A DNA stretch of 53,349 bases from Candidatus Iainarchaeum sp. (lineage in GTDB: Archaea; Iainarchaeota; Iainarchaeia; Iainarchaeales; DTGL01), in the NCBI GenBank assembly GCA_026396995.1, contig JAPLVS010000060.1, forward strand, positions 1 through 53,349. The letters run 5' to 3'. Shown here piece by piece: positions 45,035 through 53,349 of this stretch (the stretch's first letter is position 1; each line of letters begins with the position of its first letter). A program made the translations under genes and the position numbers. The notes under the pieces are model-generated. The model made no database searches. It was not told the origin of the DNA and was given only the letters and a program-made list of their open reading frames with translations.

Positions 45035-46275
45035 GCGCCCAGTATTTTTTCTTGCAAAACCTTTGCGAGCGTCATGGCGCTGATGAATTTTCTCGGCTCT
45101 TCGACAACCCACCTGCCTTTTTCGATGCGCGGCCCTGTAAGAGGGTGGGAATGCTTTGCAATGAATGCTTTCGAGTGCTTGTCATCCCATGCCGGCGGCC
45201 CTGTGAAAATGATTGTGGGATTCAATTCAAGCGATTCCAGTTCCACAAAATAATCCATTCCTTTCCCTTCTTCCGCAAACAATTCCACCCTTCTCGGCAG
45301 GAACCCGTACAATTCGAAGCCGCTGTGCAGGTGCTTTTTGAATTTCCTCATCTGGCCCCAAATCACGTCGCTCAATGCCTCTTTCGGGAAAGGCATCCTT
45401 ACCGCAAACATCTGGTCCATGCCGATGAGCTTTCCCATCCTGTTTTTTGCAATCTGGTCCGGTTTCGAGGGATAAAAGAATTTTCTGTCAGGGCATTCCA
45501 AAAAAGCGCGGCTTGCTGAAACAAACCTTGCGAACTGCTCGATGCTGAGCGCCGCAGCAACATTCCTGTTCTTGTCTGTGGGGTCCAAAAAAACCAGCGG
45601 GGCATCGAATTTTTTCCCTGCTTTTTCGCCAACAGCCTCGCCGACGGACAGCGCAATGCCTGGCTTCCAGTTGCTTGCCTCTTCCAGTACTTTTTGGAAA
45701 GAGCCGTATTTTACGACCAAGATTTCCGCAAGGTATCCTGAAAAGCCCTCTTTCTCTATTTTCGCGCCATAGCAATCTATGCCTTTCAAGAATGCCTTCA
45801 ACAGCCTTACTTCGGAGCGCATTTCGCTTGTGAGCGTTTTGAGCAGGAACCGATTATGGAACGGCGAGCGGTCCACTGCGCTTTTCAGGCTGCCTGCCTT
45901 TTTCACATCATAGGACGGCACGACCTCTATTTCGAAGCCGTTTATGACCCCGCGCGTGTAGGGATGTTCACTGTATTCGAGCCAGTATTTGTGGCCTTTG
46001 AAGGCTTTTTTGCCGATTGCAAGGCCTTCTTTTTCGAATTCCTTGCGCGGCATTTTTTCAGGGAACAATACAAAGATGTCTATGTCCCTGTCGTTGCGCA
46101 AATGCGTGTTCCTTGCAATCGAGCCTGCCAGAGTGACACCGACATGCTTTCCCTTGAAGCCCCTGATTTTTGCCATTATGCTTTCCGCTGTCTGTTGCTC
46201 CATTTCCAGTTCTTTTTCTGTCGGGGTTACCTTTGCCAGCACTTCCTCGAATATTTTCCTTATCCAAACCACCAA
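45010..46275 (-). CDS. cca: Archaeal class I CCA-adding enzyme
   Basis: GSIARNTHLRNDRDIDIF, YSEHPY, SAVDRSPFH, GFSGYLAEIL, DPTDKNRNVAAA. Confidence 0.95.
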   Translation of the reverse strand: MVVWIRKIFEEVLAKVTPTEKELEMEQQTAESIMAKIRGFKGKHVGVTLAGSIARNTHLRNDRDIDIFVLFPEKMPRKEFEKEGLAIGKKAFKGHKYWLEYSEHPYTRGVINGFEIEVVPSYDVKKAGSLKSAVDRSPFHNRFLLKTLTSEMRSEVRLLKAFLKGIDCYGAKIEKEGFSGYLAEILVVKYGSFQKVLEEASNWKPGIALSVGEAVGEKAGKKFDAPLVFLDPTDKNRNVAAALSIEQFARFVSASRAFLECPDRKFFYPSKPDQIAKNRMGKLIGMDQMFAVRMPFPKEALSDVIWGQMRKFKKHLHSGFELYGFLPRRVELFAEEGKGMDYFVELESLELNPTIIFTGPPAWDDKHSKAFIAKHSHPLTGPRIEKGRWVVEEPRKFISAMTLAKVLQEKILGAWGHYLLA

Positions 46276-46344
46276 AAACCTATAAAGGCAAAAACATTAA
46301 TAATTACTTCTTGTTTATATAATTTGTCTTTTCGGGTGTTTTGA

Positions 46345-47931
46345 TTGTATAAAACCAATCTGACGGAAATAAAGGGAAAATTGCTGGAATCCTACGGCAA
46401 TATCCAGGTATTCGACGGCTTTCCCTACAAGCTTTACGAGGTCAGCGAATCAGACTTCCCGCCTGCCCAGAAAAAGATAGCGGAACTGCTCATAAGCTCG
46501 ATAAACCGCACTTATTCCCTTGACGAGATAAGGGAGGCAGTGTCGATAGACAAGGCAGTGGAATTCGTAAACCATTTCAATACCGAAATAATCCAGACAA
46601 TCGAAATAAACGAGTTGATGGTGAAGTTTCCGTCAACGCAGGTTTACACTGAATTACGGGACAAAATAGCCGAATTGTTCAAGAAATATTTGCCAAAAAT
46701 CACAAAGCGGGAGGAGGTCGCAGACTATATCCTGAACAGTTCCATAGGTTACTCTAAAATCTTCCCGGTCATCATGGACGAATCGCTTGAGGAAATAATG
46801 ATTAACGGCGCCAAAACCCCGGTTTTTGTTTTCCATAAAAGGCACGGCATGTGCAAGACAAACATTGTTTTCGACAATGAAAGGACGCTCCTGAAGCTCG
46901 CGGCAAAAATCGCGCTCACGGTTGGCAAAAAATTCGACGAAGCCAATCCCCTGCTTGATGCAAGGATGCCTGACGGGAGCAGGGCAAACGCCACGTTTTC
47001 CAATATCACGCCTTTCGGCCTTACTGTCACAATCAGGAAATTCAACAAAATGCCGTTGTCCATAGTCGAGCTGATAAAAAACAATTCCATTACAAGCGAG
47101 GTTGCGGCTTTCCTCTGGCTTACAGTGGAAGGCCTGAACATAGAGCCGATGAACATAATCATAAGCGGCGGGGCCGGAAGCGGCAAAACAACCCTGATGA
47201 ATGCGCTTGCGGCCTTTTTGCGCTATGACGACCGCGTCATTTCAATAGAGGACACGCTCGAGCTTGACCTTGGCTCAAGGGACAACTGGGTCCAGATGGA
47301 ATCCAAGCCCAAAATCCGCTCGTTCGAGGAAGTGACAATGGATGATTTGCTGAAAAATTCCCTGAGAATGAGGCCTGACAGGATTATTGTCGGGGAAGTG
47401 AGGGGCGAGGAAACCCAGACTTTGTTTGTGGCAATGGACACAGGTCACAGAGGCATTCTCGGAACACTGCACTCGAACACTGCAAGGGAAATGATTTTAA
47501 GGCTTGAAAGTGCGCCAATGAATGTTCCCGAGCACATGCTGCCTTTGCTCAACATCGCGGTAATAATGTTCAGGATGTATGACAGGCGCTTCGGCTTAAT
47601 TCGCAGGATAAAAGAGATAGCGGAAATCCAGAGGATGGAAAACAAGGTTTTGCTCGGCAATATCTATGAATGGGACAAGAAAACCGACAAGATCAAGAAA
47701 ACAGACATTCCCTCGCACACAATCGATGCGCTTGCCGAAAAAACCTCGCTGTCAAAGCAGGAATTGAAGGACGAAATGATTGTGAGGAAAAGGATTCTCG
47801 ACTGGATGATTGAAAAAAACATCTGCAAGGCGCCGGAAGTAGAGCAGATAATACAGGAATACTATTTGGATCCGAGAAGCATCCTGGAAAAAATCTCGCA
47901 GGAAAAGCCGGCACAGGCGGCAAACCAGTAG
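46345..47931 (+). CDS. Second type II/IV secretion ATPase (CpaF/TadA/VirB11-like)
   Basis: LEEIMING, MPDGSRAN, GGAGSGKTT, IEDTLEL, RMRPDRIIVGEVRG, TGH..LGTLHSN. Confidence 0.92.
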   Translation: MYKTNLTEIKGKLLESYGNIQVFDGFPYKLYEVSESDFPPAQKKIAELLISSINRTYSLDEIREAVSIDKAVEFVNHFNTEIIQTIEINELMVKFPSTQVYTELRDKIAELFKKYLPKITKREEVADYILNSSIGYSKIFPVIMDESLEEIMINGAKTPVFVFHKRHGMCKTNIVFDNERTLLKLAAKIALTVGKKFDEANPLLDARMPDGSRANATFSNITPFGLTVTIRKFNKMPLSIVELIKNNSITSEVAAFLWLTVEGLNIEPMNIIISGGAGSGKTTLMNALAAFLRYDDRVISIEDTLELDLGSRDNWVQMESKPKIRSFEEVTMDDLLKNSLRMRPDRIIVGEVRGEETQTLFVAMDTGHRGILGTLHSNTAREMILRLESAPMNVPEHMLPLLNIAVIMFRMYDRRFGLIRRIKEIAEIQRMENKVLLGNIYEWDKKTDKIKKTDIPSHTIDALAEKTSLSKQELKDEMIVRKRILDWMIEKNICKAPEVEQIIQEYYLDPRSILEKISQEKPAQAANQ

Positions 47932-47966
47932 AATGTGTTAAATATACGAAAGGAGGTAATACTGTC

Positions 47967-48206
47967 ATGGATTCGAAAAAATGGGACTTGGTTTTGCTGC
48001 TTATGGTATTCATTTACATTTTGGAAAATTTGGCCATATTTCTTGGAATCTATTCGTCACCCATTCACGGAAGCATTTTTGTAACACAATATTCGGCGGC
48101 GGAATTTATTTACCTCGGTTGGCTGTTTGCGTCAGTGGTCATTATATTAGTTGCTGCAAAAAAAGGAACATTTCTGCAAAACTGGCTGAGTAAGAAAAAA
48201 GAATGA
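47967..48206 (+). CDS. Small two-TM membrane protein
   Basis: Two hydrophobic segments; GGAGGT RBS upstream. Confidence 0.65.
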   Translation: MDSKKWDLVLLLMVFIYILENLAIFLGIYSSPIHGSIFVTQYSAAEFIYLGWLFASVVIILVAAKKGTFLQNWLSKKKE

Positions 48207-48221
48207 GCCTTGTCGAAGGCT

Positions 48222-48758
48222 TTACCCGAATTCAATCTTTTTCAGCACCGAATATTTCGGCCCCTGCGGCTCCAGAACCGACTGCATTACATCAAGGGAT
48301 CCGGCCTCGATTGTTTCAGCAAAACCCTTCTTTTCCAGTTCCGCAACCGCCTTGTCAAATTCCTTGCTGGCCATTCCCTTGTTTCTCGCAAGCGTGATAT
48401 GGGAGTGGAATTTTTCATCGTTCAGGCCGAGCGCTTCATCTATCCCTGCCCCCAATTCCTCAAGCTCTTTTGCACCCTGCCCGACGCCTAACCACAAAAC
48501 CCTTTTATGGAAGTGGCCGATGCCTTTCAGTTCCACCCTGAATTTTTTGGTTTTTTTTGCGAATTCGAGTTTTTCCATTGTTCCTCTGGCTGCATTATCG
48601 CCGAGGTATCCTAAAAATTTCATTGTGATGTGCAGGTTTTCCCTTTCCACCACCTTAAGGCAGTTTTTCGGCAGCAAGGGCAGGAGCTCACTGCAAATCC
48701 TGTCCTTTGTTTTTTCAGGCAGGTTCACAGCAATGAAAACCCTTATCGGTGCATTCAT
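48222..48758 (-). CDS. thpR: RNA 2',3'-cyclic phosphodiesterase (2H family, ThpR/LigT)
   Basis: RVFIAV, NLHITMKFLG, FHSHITLAR, SVLEPQGPKY. Confidence 0.92.
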   Translation of the reverse strand: MNAPIRVFIAVNLPEKTKDRICSELLPLLPKNCLKVVERENLHITMKFLGYLGDNAARGTMEKLEFAKKTKKFRVELKGIGHFHKRVLWLGVGQGAKELEELGAGIDEALGLNDEKFHSHITLARNKGMASKEFDKAVAELEKKGFAETIEAGSLDVMQSVLEPQGPKYSVLKKIEFG

Positions 48759-48767
48759 TCCGCAAAT

Positions 48768-49367
48768 TCACCTTAACTCTTTTCTGACGATTTCTTCGAA
48801 TTTTTCCACCCGCTCATAATTGAAGCCGATTTTCCTGTTCGCCTCTTCCACGATTTCCCTTATGAATTCATCGGAGGCAAGGATTTTTTTGCCTCTTTTC
48901 ACAAGCACCGAGATTTCTTCTGTCCCTATCAGTTCCACAATGAATTTTCCGGGTTTTGCGGTTATGATGCCGCCTCTTTTTATGCCGCTCTTGTCCTTGA
49001 GCGATAAAAGCTTTTTTGCGTTTTCAAGGGAATTGGTCCCGATGTGGATTATGAACGGCTCCATTTTAAGCCAGATTTCGCCTTCTGTTTCCTCTTCCAG
49101 CGCTTCAAGCACCTTTTCAGGCTCGACCTTTTCGTGCCATTTCCTGTGGAACCTGCTGTCAAGCTTGCTCCTGCTTTTCAGCCCGAGCAATATGATGCGC
49201 CCGCTGCATCCAGAGGAAGTGAAAAAGTTTTTCGTTCCGGAAATGAAATCGCACAGGCTGACCATCGCCTTGTCTATTTTCTTTTCGTCCTCGGCTTTTT
49301 TCAGGGTTGCAGCGTGCCTTTTTTTCACCATTTCAAACCTTGCCCCTGTCTTCTTTTTTCCTTCCAT
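48768..49367 (-). CDS. taw3: tRNA wyosine-derivative methyltransferase Taw3/TYW3
   Basis: KIDK...FFTSSGCSGRI, KWH, EPFIIH, SGIKRGG. Confidence 0.9.
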   Translation of the reverse strand: MEGKKKTGARFEMVKKRHAATLKKAEDEKKIDKAMVSLCDFISGTKNFFTSSGCSGRIILLGLKSRSKLDSRFHRKWHEKVEPEKVLEALEEETEGEIWLKMEPFIIHIGTNSLENAKKLLSLKDKSGIKRGGIITAKPGKFIVELIGTEEISVLVKRGKKILASDEFIREIVEEANRKIGFNYERVEKFEEIVRKELR

Positions 49368-49880
49368 CAGATCAGCTCCGCTTCCGGCTTTTTTCCTTTT
49401 TCAATTTTCACAATCGCTGCGCACCCTTCTTTTGCAGGGCCGGCATTCACGCACAATGTTTCCCCAATCACTTCAATGCCTCTTGTCGATCACCGCATTG
49501 CTGCTGTTAGCCAGGGAATTGGAAAAACGTACAGCCGGTACAGGTAGCACCGTTAAAATTGTTTTTATCGCATCGGAAGAAGAGCGCACACTCGGGTCCT
49601 GGGCGTATGCCAAGGAGTTGCTTGAGGAGAGTAAGCTACATAAAGAAAAAGAGCCGGCTAAAAATATAAGGGTCGTTAATCTGGAAACCATCGGAACCAG
49701 TGACGAGCTGGCTTATATACCTGAGGACGGCTTTGCCACACGCCGGTTTTTCTTGGCGCCTTGCGTGGTAAGGTCGCCTGTGATTATTATTGCATCGATG
49801 CCTTTTGTGCCGGTTTTCTGCAGTATTTCGTTTACTGCGCTTGCCTTTCCGTGGATATCGCCCAAAACAAGCATTTTCAT
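49367..49880 (-). pseudogene. Metallophosphoesterase (Icc-like) with its middle replaced by foreign DNA
   Basis: N-terminus MKMLVLGDIHG...IIITGDLT (49880 to about 49750) and C-terminus RGIEVIGETLCVNAGPAKEGCAAIV...ELI* (about 49484 to 49367). The GNHD and HxH core motifs are missing. Confidence 0.75.
49486..49748 (+). pseudogene. Internal fragment of an M28-family metallopeptidase gene
   Basis: ITALLLLAREL...VKIVFIASEEERTLGSWAYA...VVNLETIG; no start or stop of its own. Confidence 0.7.
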
Positions 49881-49943
49881 TTTCTTAAACCGCCTTCCCG
49901 CGCTTCCTGCGAAGGTTTTTATTACTTTTTTCCGGTTAATGTA

Positions 49944-50744
49944 ATGGGGAGCCAATTGTTTAAAAGGATTTTACTTGCATTGCTGCTGCTTTCAGTGCTC
50001 GCAGGCGCCGGCGCAACAATCGTTGTGCTCAAACCGGTCTATAAGGCCGTGGAGCCAGGCCAGACAGAAACCCTCGGCGCAATGATGCGCGGCGAAAGGC
50101 TGCTTATAACAATCGACAGGAACGCCTCATTCCACAGATGGACAGGCGCAAGCATAACCCAGTCTTTGCTTCCGCAGGGCTGGATTGCTTTCCCGGCAGT
50201 CGTGGAAAACACATCGATTTCACTTGAAGTTGTTGTGCCTGACAGCGCCGAAATCAGGTCGCAGACAATCGAAGTTACTGCAGTCGATTCGCAGACCGGC
50301 CTCGAGGAAAAAATCAACCTTGTTGTTTTTGTGGAACAGGGCCTTGTTTCCGTGCTGCTGCCTGATGCCCAGCAGAAAGTTAAAGTGAAAGATTCGCCCT
50401 GCTATCACATGATTTTGCAGAATGGCAGCATCGCATCGCACAAGGTTTTTGTTTCGAGCTCCCTGCCCAAATACTGGTTTGCGGGCATTGAAAAGGAAAT
50501 CAAGCCAAACGACTTCGTGGAATTCGATGCATGCATCAATGCCCTGGTCATAGGTTCGAGGGACTTTTATTTCTTCGTTGATTCCGCGCGGTCAACTGAA
50601 AGGCTGCGCTCAGTCAAGGCCTCGGTCGACGTGCTGCCCACCGTGCAGGGAAAATATTCCGCGGCACTGAACGGCTTCCCCTTCTATATGCCGACACTCA
50701 TCCCCTATTATCTCATTGATTCAGCCCTCTCGTTTTTTTCATAA
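49944..50744 (+). CDS. Secreted or membrane-anchored beta-rich hypothetical protein
   Basis: Signal peptide RILLALLLLSVLAGAGA; hydrophobic C-terminus; ATG 49944. Confidence 0.7.
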   Translation: MGSQLFKRILLALLLLSVLAGAGATIVVLKPVYKAVEPGQTETLGAMMRGERLLITIDRNASFHRWTGASITQSLLPQGWIAFPAVVENTSISLEVVVPDSAEIRSQTIEVTAVDSQTGLEEKINLVVFVEQGLVSVLLPDAQQKVKVKDSPCYHMILQNGSIASHKVFVSSSLPKYWFAGIEKEIKPNDFVEFDACINALVIGSRDFYFFVDSARSTERLRSVKASVDVLPTVQGKYSAALNGFPFYMPTLIPYYLIDSALSFFS

Positions 50745-50750
50745 GATTGA

Positions 50751-52340
50751 GTGAACAAAATGGGTTTTTCCGCTTTCTCCCCGGAAATAGTTTCCCTTAT
50801 CGAAAAAGGGATTATATCGAATGCGGATGAACTCAACAAGTGGAAGGCAAGGCTTGCAAAAAAGCACGGTCTGGCCGAATTTCCCTCAAATACCGAAATA
50901 ATGGGCAGCGGCATCCGCCTTTCAAAAAAAGCCCTTGCATTGCTCTGCAGGAAGCCTGTCAGGAGCATGAGCGGCATTACAGTCGTAGCGGCAATGGTTC
51001 CGCCGCATGAATGCCCGGGAAAGTGCACTTATTGCCCGTCAAGCCTTGTTGATTCGCGCACCCCGAAAAGTTATACGGGAAGAGAACCTGCGACAATGCG
51101 CGCAATCCAATCCAATTTCGACCCTGCGCTGCAGGTGAAAGACCGCCTGCGCCAATTGCAGGAAACAGGGCATTCCACCTCAAAAGTCGAATTCATTGTA
51201 ATGGGCGGAACGTTTTTCTCGCAATCTGAAAAATTCAGGGAAAAATTCATGCTCGGCGCACTGAACGCCTTCACAGGAAAAAATTCAAAATCTGTCGGGA
51301 GCGCAAGGCTTGCTGCAGAAAAATCAGCCACAAGGATTACCGGAATGGCCTTCGAAACAAGGCCTGATTTCTGCTCGAAAAAAGATGTCGGGGAAATGCT
51401 TTCCTATGGCGGCACGCGCTGCGAGCTCGGTGTCCAGATACTGGACGACGCGGTTTACAAAAAAGTGCACCGCGGCCATACGGTTGGGAATGTTGCTGAT
51501 GCCACAAAGAACCTGAAGGACGCCGGCTTCAAGGTTTTATACCACACAATGCCAGGCCTTCCTTTCACTTCCCCCGAGGGTGACCTTGATTCTTTCAAGG
51601 AAATGTTTTCCTCTGAATCCTTCAAACCTGACATGCTGAAAATCTATCCATGCCTTGTGGTGAAAGGCACAAAACTCCATGAAGATTTTTTGGAAGGGAA
51701 ATTCAGCCCTATAACCGAAAAGGAAGCCGTAAAGCTCATAATCAAAGTGAAAAAAACACTGCCGCGCTGGGTCCGCATTATGCGGGTGCAAAGGGACATC
51801 CCTTCGCCGCTTGTGGAAGCAGGAATAAAGCACAGCAACCTGCGCCAGATTGTCGAAAAGGAAATGAAACGCAGGGGCATCGAATGCAATTGCATCCGCT
51901 GCAGGGAGGCAGTTCTCCAAAAATACAAGGGCGGTGTTTCGCCCTCCCCCTCCGAAGCAGTTCTTTTCAGGGAGGACTACAGGGCAAGCGCCGGCACCGA
52001 AGTGTTCCTTTCGCTTGAAGACAGGAAAAGGGAAGCGCTTTTCGGCTATTGTCGCCTGCGCATTCCTGAGGGTTCCTACAGGAAAGAAATCGGCTCAAAG
52101 GGTGCAATTGTCCGTGAATTAAGGATTTTCGGCGAACCGCTTTTGCTCGGCAAAAGGAAGCAGGAAGCATTGCAGCACAAGGGCTTGGGCGCGAAACTGT
52201 TCAATGAAGCCGAAAAAATCGCTTCCGAAGAATTCGAAAGAAAAAAACTGGCTGTCATTGCAGGCCTGGGCGCCCGCGAATACTACCGTGAAAAACTCGG
52301 CTGCAAAAACGACGGATTTTATGTTTCGAAGAGGATTTGA
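50751..52340 (+). CDS. elp3: Elp3 tRNA uridine(34) acetyltransferase (radical SAM plus GNAT)
   Basis: RKPVRSMSG, CPGKCTYCP, PKSYTGREP, MGGTF, ETRPD, ELGVQ, RVQRDIP, QHKGLG. Confidence 0.95.
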   Translation: MNKMGFSAFSPEIVSLIEKGIISNADELNKWKARLAKKHGLAEFPSNTEIMGSGIRLSKKALALLCRKPVRSMSGITVVAAMVPPHECPGKCTYCPSSLVDSRTPKSYTGREPATMRAIQSNFDPALQVKDRLRQLQETGHSTSKVEFIVMGGTFFSQSEKFREKFMLGALNAFTGKNSKSVGSARLAAEKSATRITGMAFETRPDFCSKKDVGEMLSYGGTRCELGVQILDDAVYKKVHRGHTVGNVADATKNLKDAGFKVLYHTMPGLPFTSPEGDLDSFKEMFSSESFKPDMLKIYPCLVVKGTKLHEDFLEGKFSPITEKEAVKLIIKVKKTLPRWVRIMRVQRDIPSPLVEAGIKHSNLRQIVEKEMKRRGIECNCIRCREAVLQKYKGGVSPSPSEAVLFREDYRASAGTEVFLSLEDRKREALFGYCRLRIPEGSYRKEIGSKGAIVRELRIFGEPLLLGKRKQEALQHKGLGAKLFNEAEKIASEEFERKKLAVIAGLGAREYYREKLGCKNDGFYVSKRI

Positions 52341-52365
52341 GCAGGCCTTAACTTCGCCCAGTTCC

Positions 52366-53348
52366 GGCTTTGTAGAAATCCTTTTTAAATAGTGATAAAT
52401 AGGAGTTTGCACTCCTATTTATCGGTGACTCTAATGCGATTGTATGCTGTTCGGGTTAATAACTTTTATGGTTTGGTTGAGCGATTGTGTTGGTTGGCTG
52501 GAGTGCCTTACCGGAACTCTTTGTTTTCGAAAAAAATGTACGGCAACATCAAACTCTTGTTTCTCGCAGTTTACAGGGAAAAGCTCAATGTGTCGTATCG
52601 CCGGTTTGTTGAGATTTGTGAAGAGAACAATATTCGACACATGTTGAGTTTGAAAAGAATCCCGCATTTCAGTACACTGCAAAAGTTTGTGCAGCGTACT
52701 CCAAAACTATTGTTTGAGTTGATGGTTCGAGCGTGTTCAAAACTATTGAGAGTGAGAAACAGTATTGCTGCAATTGATGGAACCGGTTTTTCTAACACGA
52801 ATCCATCGCATTATTATGAAAAACGCGTTGACGGCGTAACCCATCCAAACTACACTAAAACAGTGTTTATCAGCGATATTAAAACAAAACTCGTTCTCAA
52901 TGTTCGAACTTTTTCTGACCACTCGAACGAAATCACAACGTTTCGGCCTATGGTTCAAGACGTATTAGGAGTGTTGCGAACTGTGTTGGCGGACAAAGGT
53001 TATGATTCTCTAGAGAACCGAGAGTTTTGTTGGTTGCACGGTTTGAGCGTGCATATTCCGTTCAGAAAGCACGCATCACAAAAAGACAAATATGGCCGGC
53101 AGCGTTATTGTGCTAAGCGCCGGAGAGCGTTGCAGAAATTTAACCTGAAAACTTATCAAAAGAGAGCGATTGCAGAGTCGGTGAATTCTGCAATCAAACA
53201 AACCCTGGGAGGGTTTGTTCGAGCAAAAAACGCAGCAAACCAACAAAAACAAGCAACCATCAAAGCAATAGCCTACAACATCGAACACATCGGACGAACA
53301 ATCAAAATCACGCTAACCCTCGCACTCCAATAGGATTTCTACACCGCC
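52366..53348 (+). mobile_element. IS5-like (DDE) insertion sequence, about 983 bp
   Basis: Left TIR GGCTTTGTAGAAATCC (52366-52381); right TIR GGATTTCTACACCGCC (53333-53348); 14/16 complementary. Composition differs from the flanking DNA. Confidence 0.85.
52434..53333 (+). CDS. DDE transposase (IS5/DDE_Tnp_1-like)
   Basis: IPHFSTLQKF, AIDGTG, ADKGYDS, YQKRAIAESVNSAIK; the stop codon overlaps the right TIR. Confidence 0.9.
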   Translation: MRLYAVRVNNFYGLVERLCWLAGVPYRNSLFSKKMYGNIKLLFLAVYREKLNVSYRRFVEICEENNIRHMLSLKRIPHFSTLQKFVQRTPKLLFELMVRACSKLLRVRNSIAAIDGTGFSNTNPSHYYEKRVDGVTHPNYTKTVFISDIKTKLVLNVRTFSDHSNEITTFRPMVQDVLGVLRTVLADKGYDSLENREFCWLHGLSVHIPFRKHASQKDKYGRQRYCAKRRRALQKFNLKTYQKRAIAESVNSAIKQTLGGFVRAKNAANQQKQATIKAIAYNIEHIGRTIKITLTLALQ

Positions 53349-53349
53349 C

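Noticed and set aside
48820-49944. 374-aa plus-strand ORF
   Set aside because: Mostly antisense to taw3 and the phosphoesterase remnants; only the 49486-49748 M28 fragment looks protein-like.
49713-49955. Phosphoesterase N-terminus as the missing mre11
   Set aside because: The motifs and the short C-terminus (VNAGPAKEG) fit a small Icc-like enzyme, not Mre11, and it is far from rad50.
50751-52340. Eighth radical SAM as part of the RiPP system
   Set aside because: Clearly housekeeping Elp3 with a GNAT domain, 36 kb away among tRNA-processing genes.

Overview
Archaeal genomic DNA, most likely from a DPANN lineage. Ca. Diapherotrites/Iainarchaeota is a plausible but unproven guess. Markers include archaeal rpoK, rps17e, EF-1beta, a class I CCA enzyme, Taw3, NurA/HerA/Rad50 and a tRNA with a BHB intron. 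(1) 1080-14220 is the highlight: an unusually expanded His-Xaa-Ser (Hxs) RiPP-like cluster. It holds a His-every-third-residue precursor (HxsA-like), HxsB, HxsC, two HxsD-like proteins and five further radical SAM genes (seven in total). It also holds a frameshifted A24 prepilin peptidase, a DUF483-like protein and several small Cys-repeat membrane proteins. The precursor has a pilin-like/secretory leader, suggesting an exported, heavily modified poly-His peptide. (2) 14361-34779 is a cell-surface and type IV pilus region: a 2366-aa Cys-rich protein, two TadC/ArlJ-like proteins, an assembly ATPase, several class III pilins, and FN3 and LamG proteins. (3) 34856-52340 is mostly housekeeping: nurA, intein-containing herA, a catalytically dead PolB remnant, rpoK, rps17e, rad50, EF-1beta, tRNA-Arg(TCG) with a 108-nt intron, cca, a second pilus ATPase, thpR, taw3, a metallophosphoesterase disrupted by a foreign M28-peptidase fragment, and elp3. 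(4) An apparently complete IS5-like element with 16-bp TIRs closes the window. All family assignments come from motif recognition by eye; no database searches were run.
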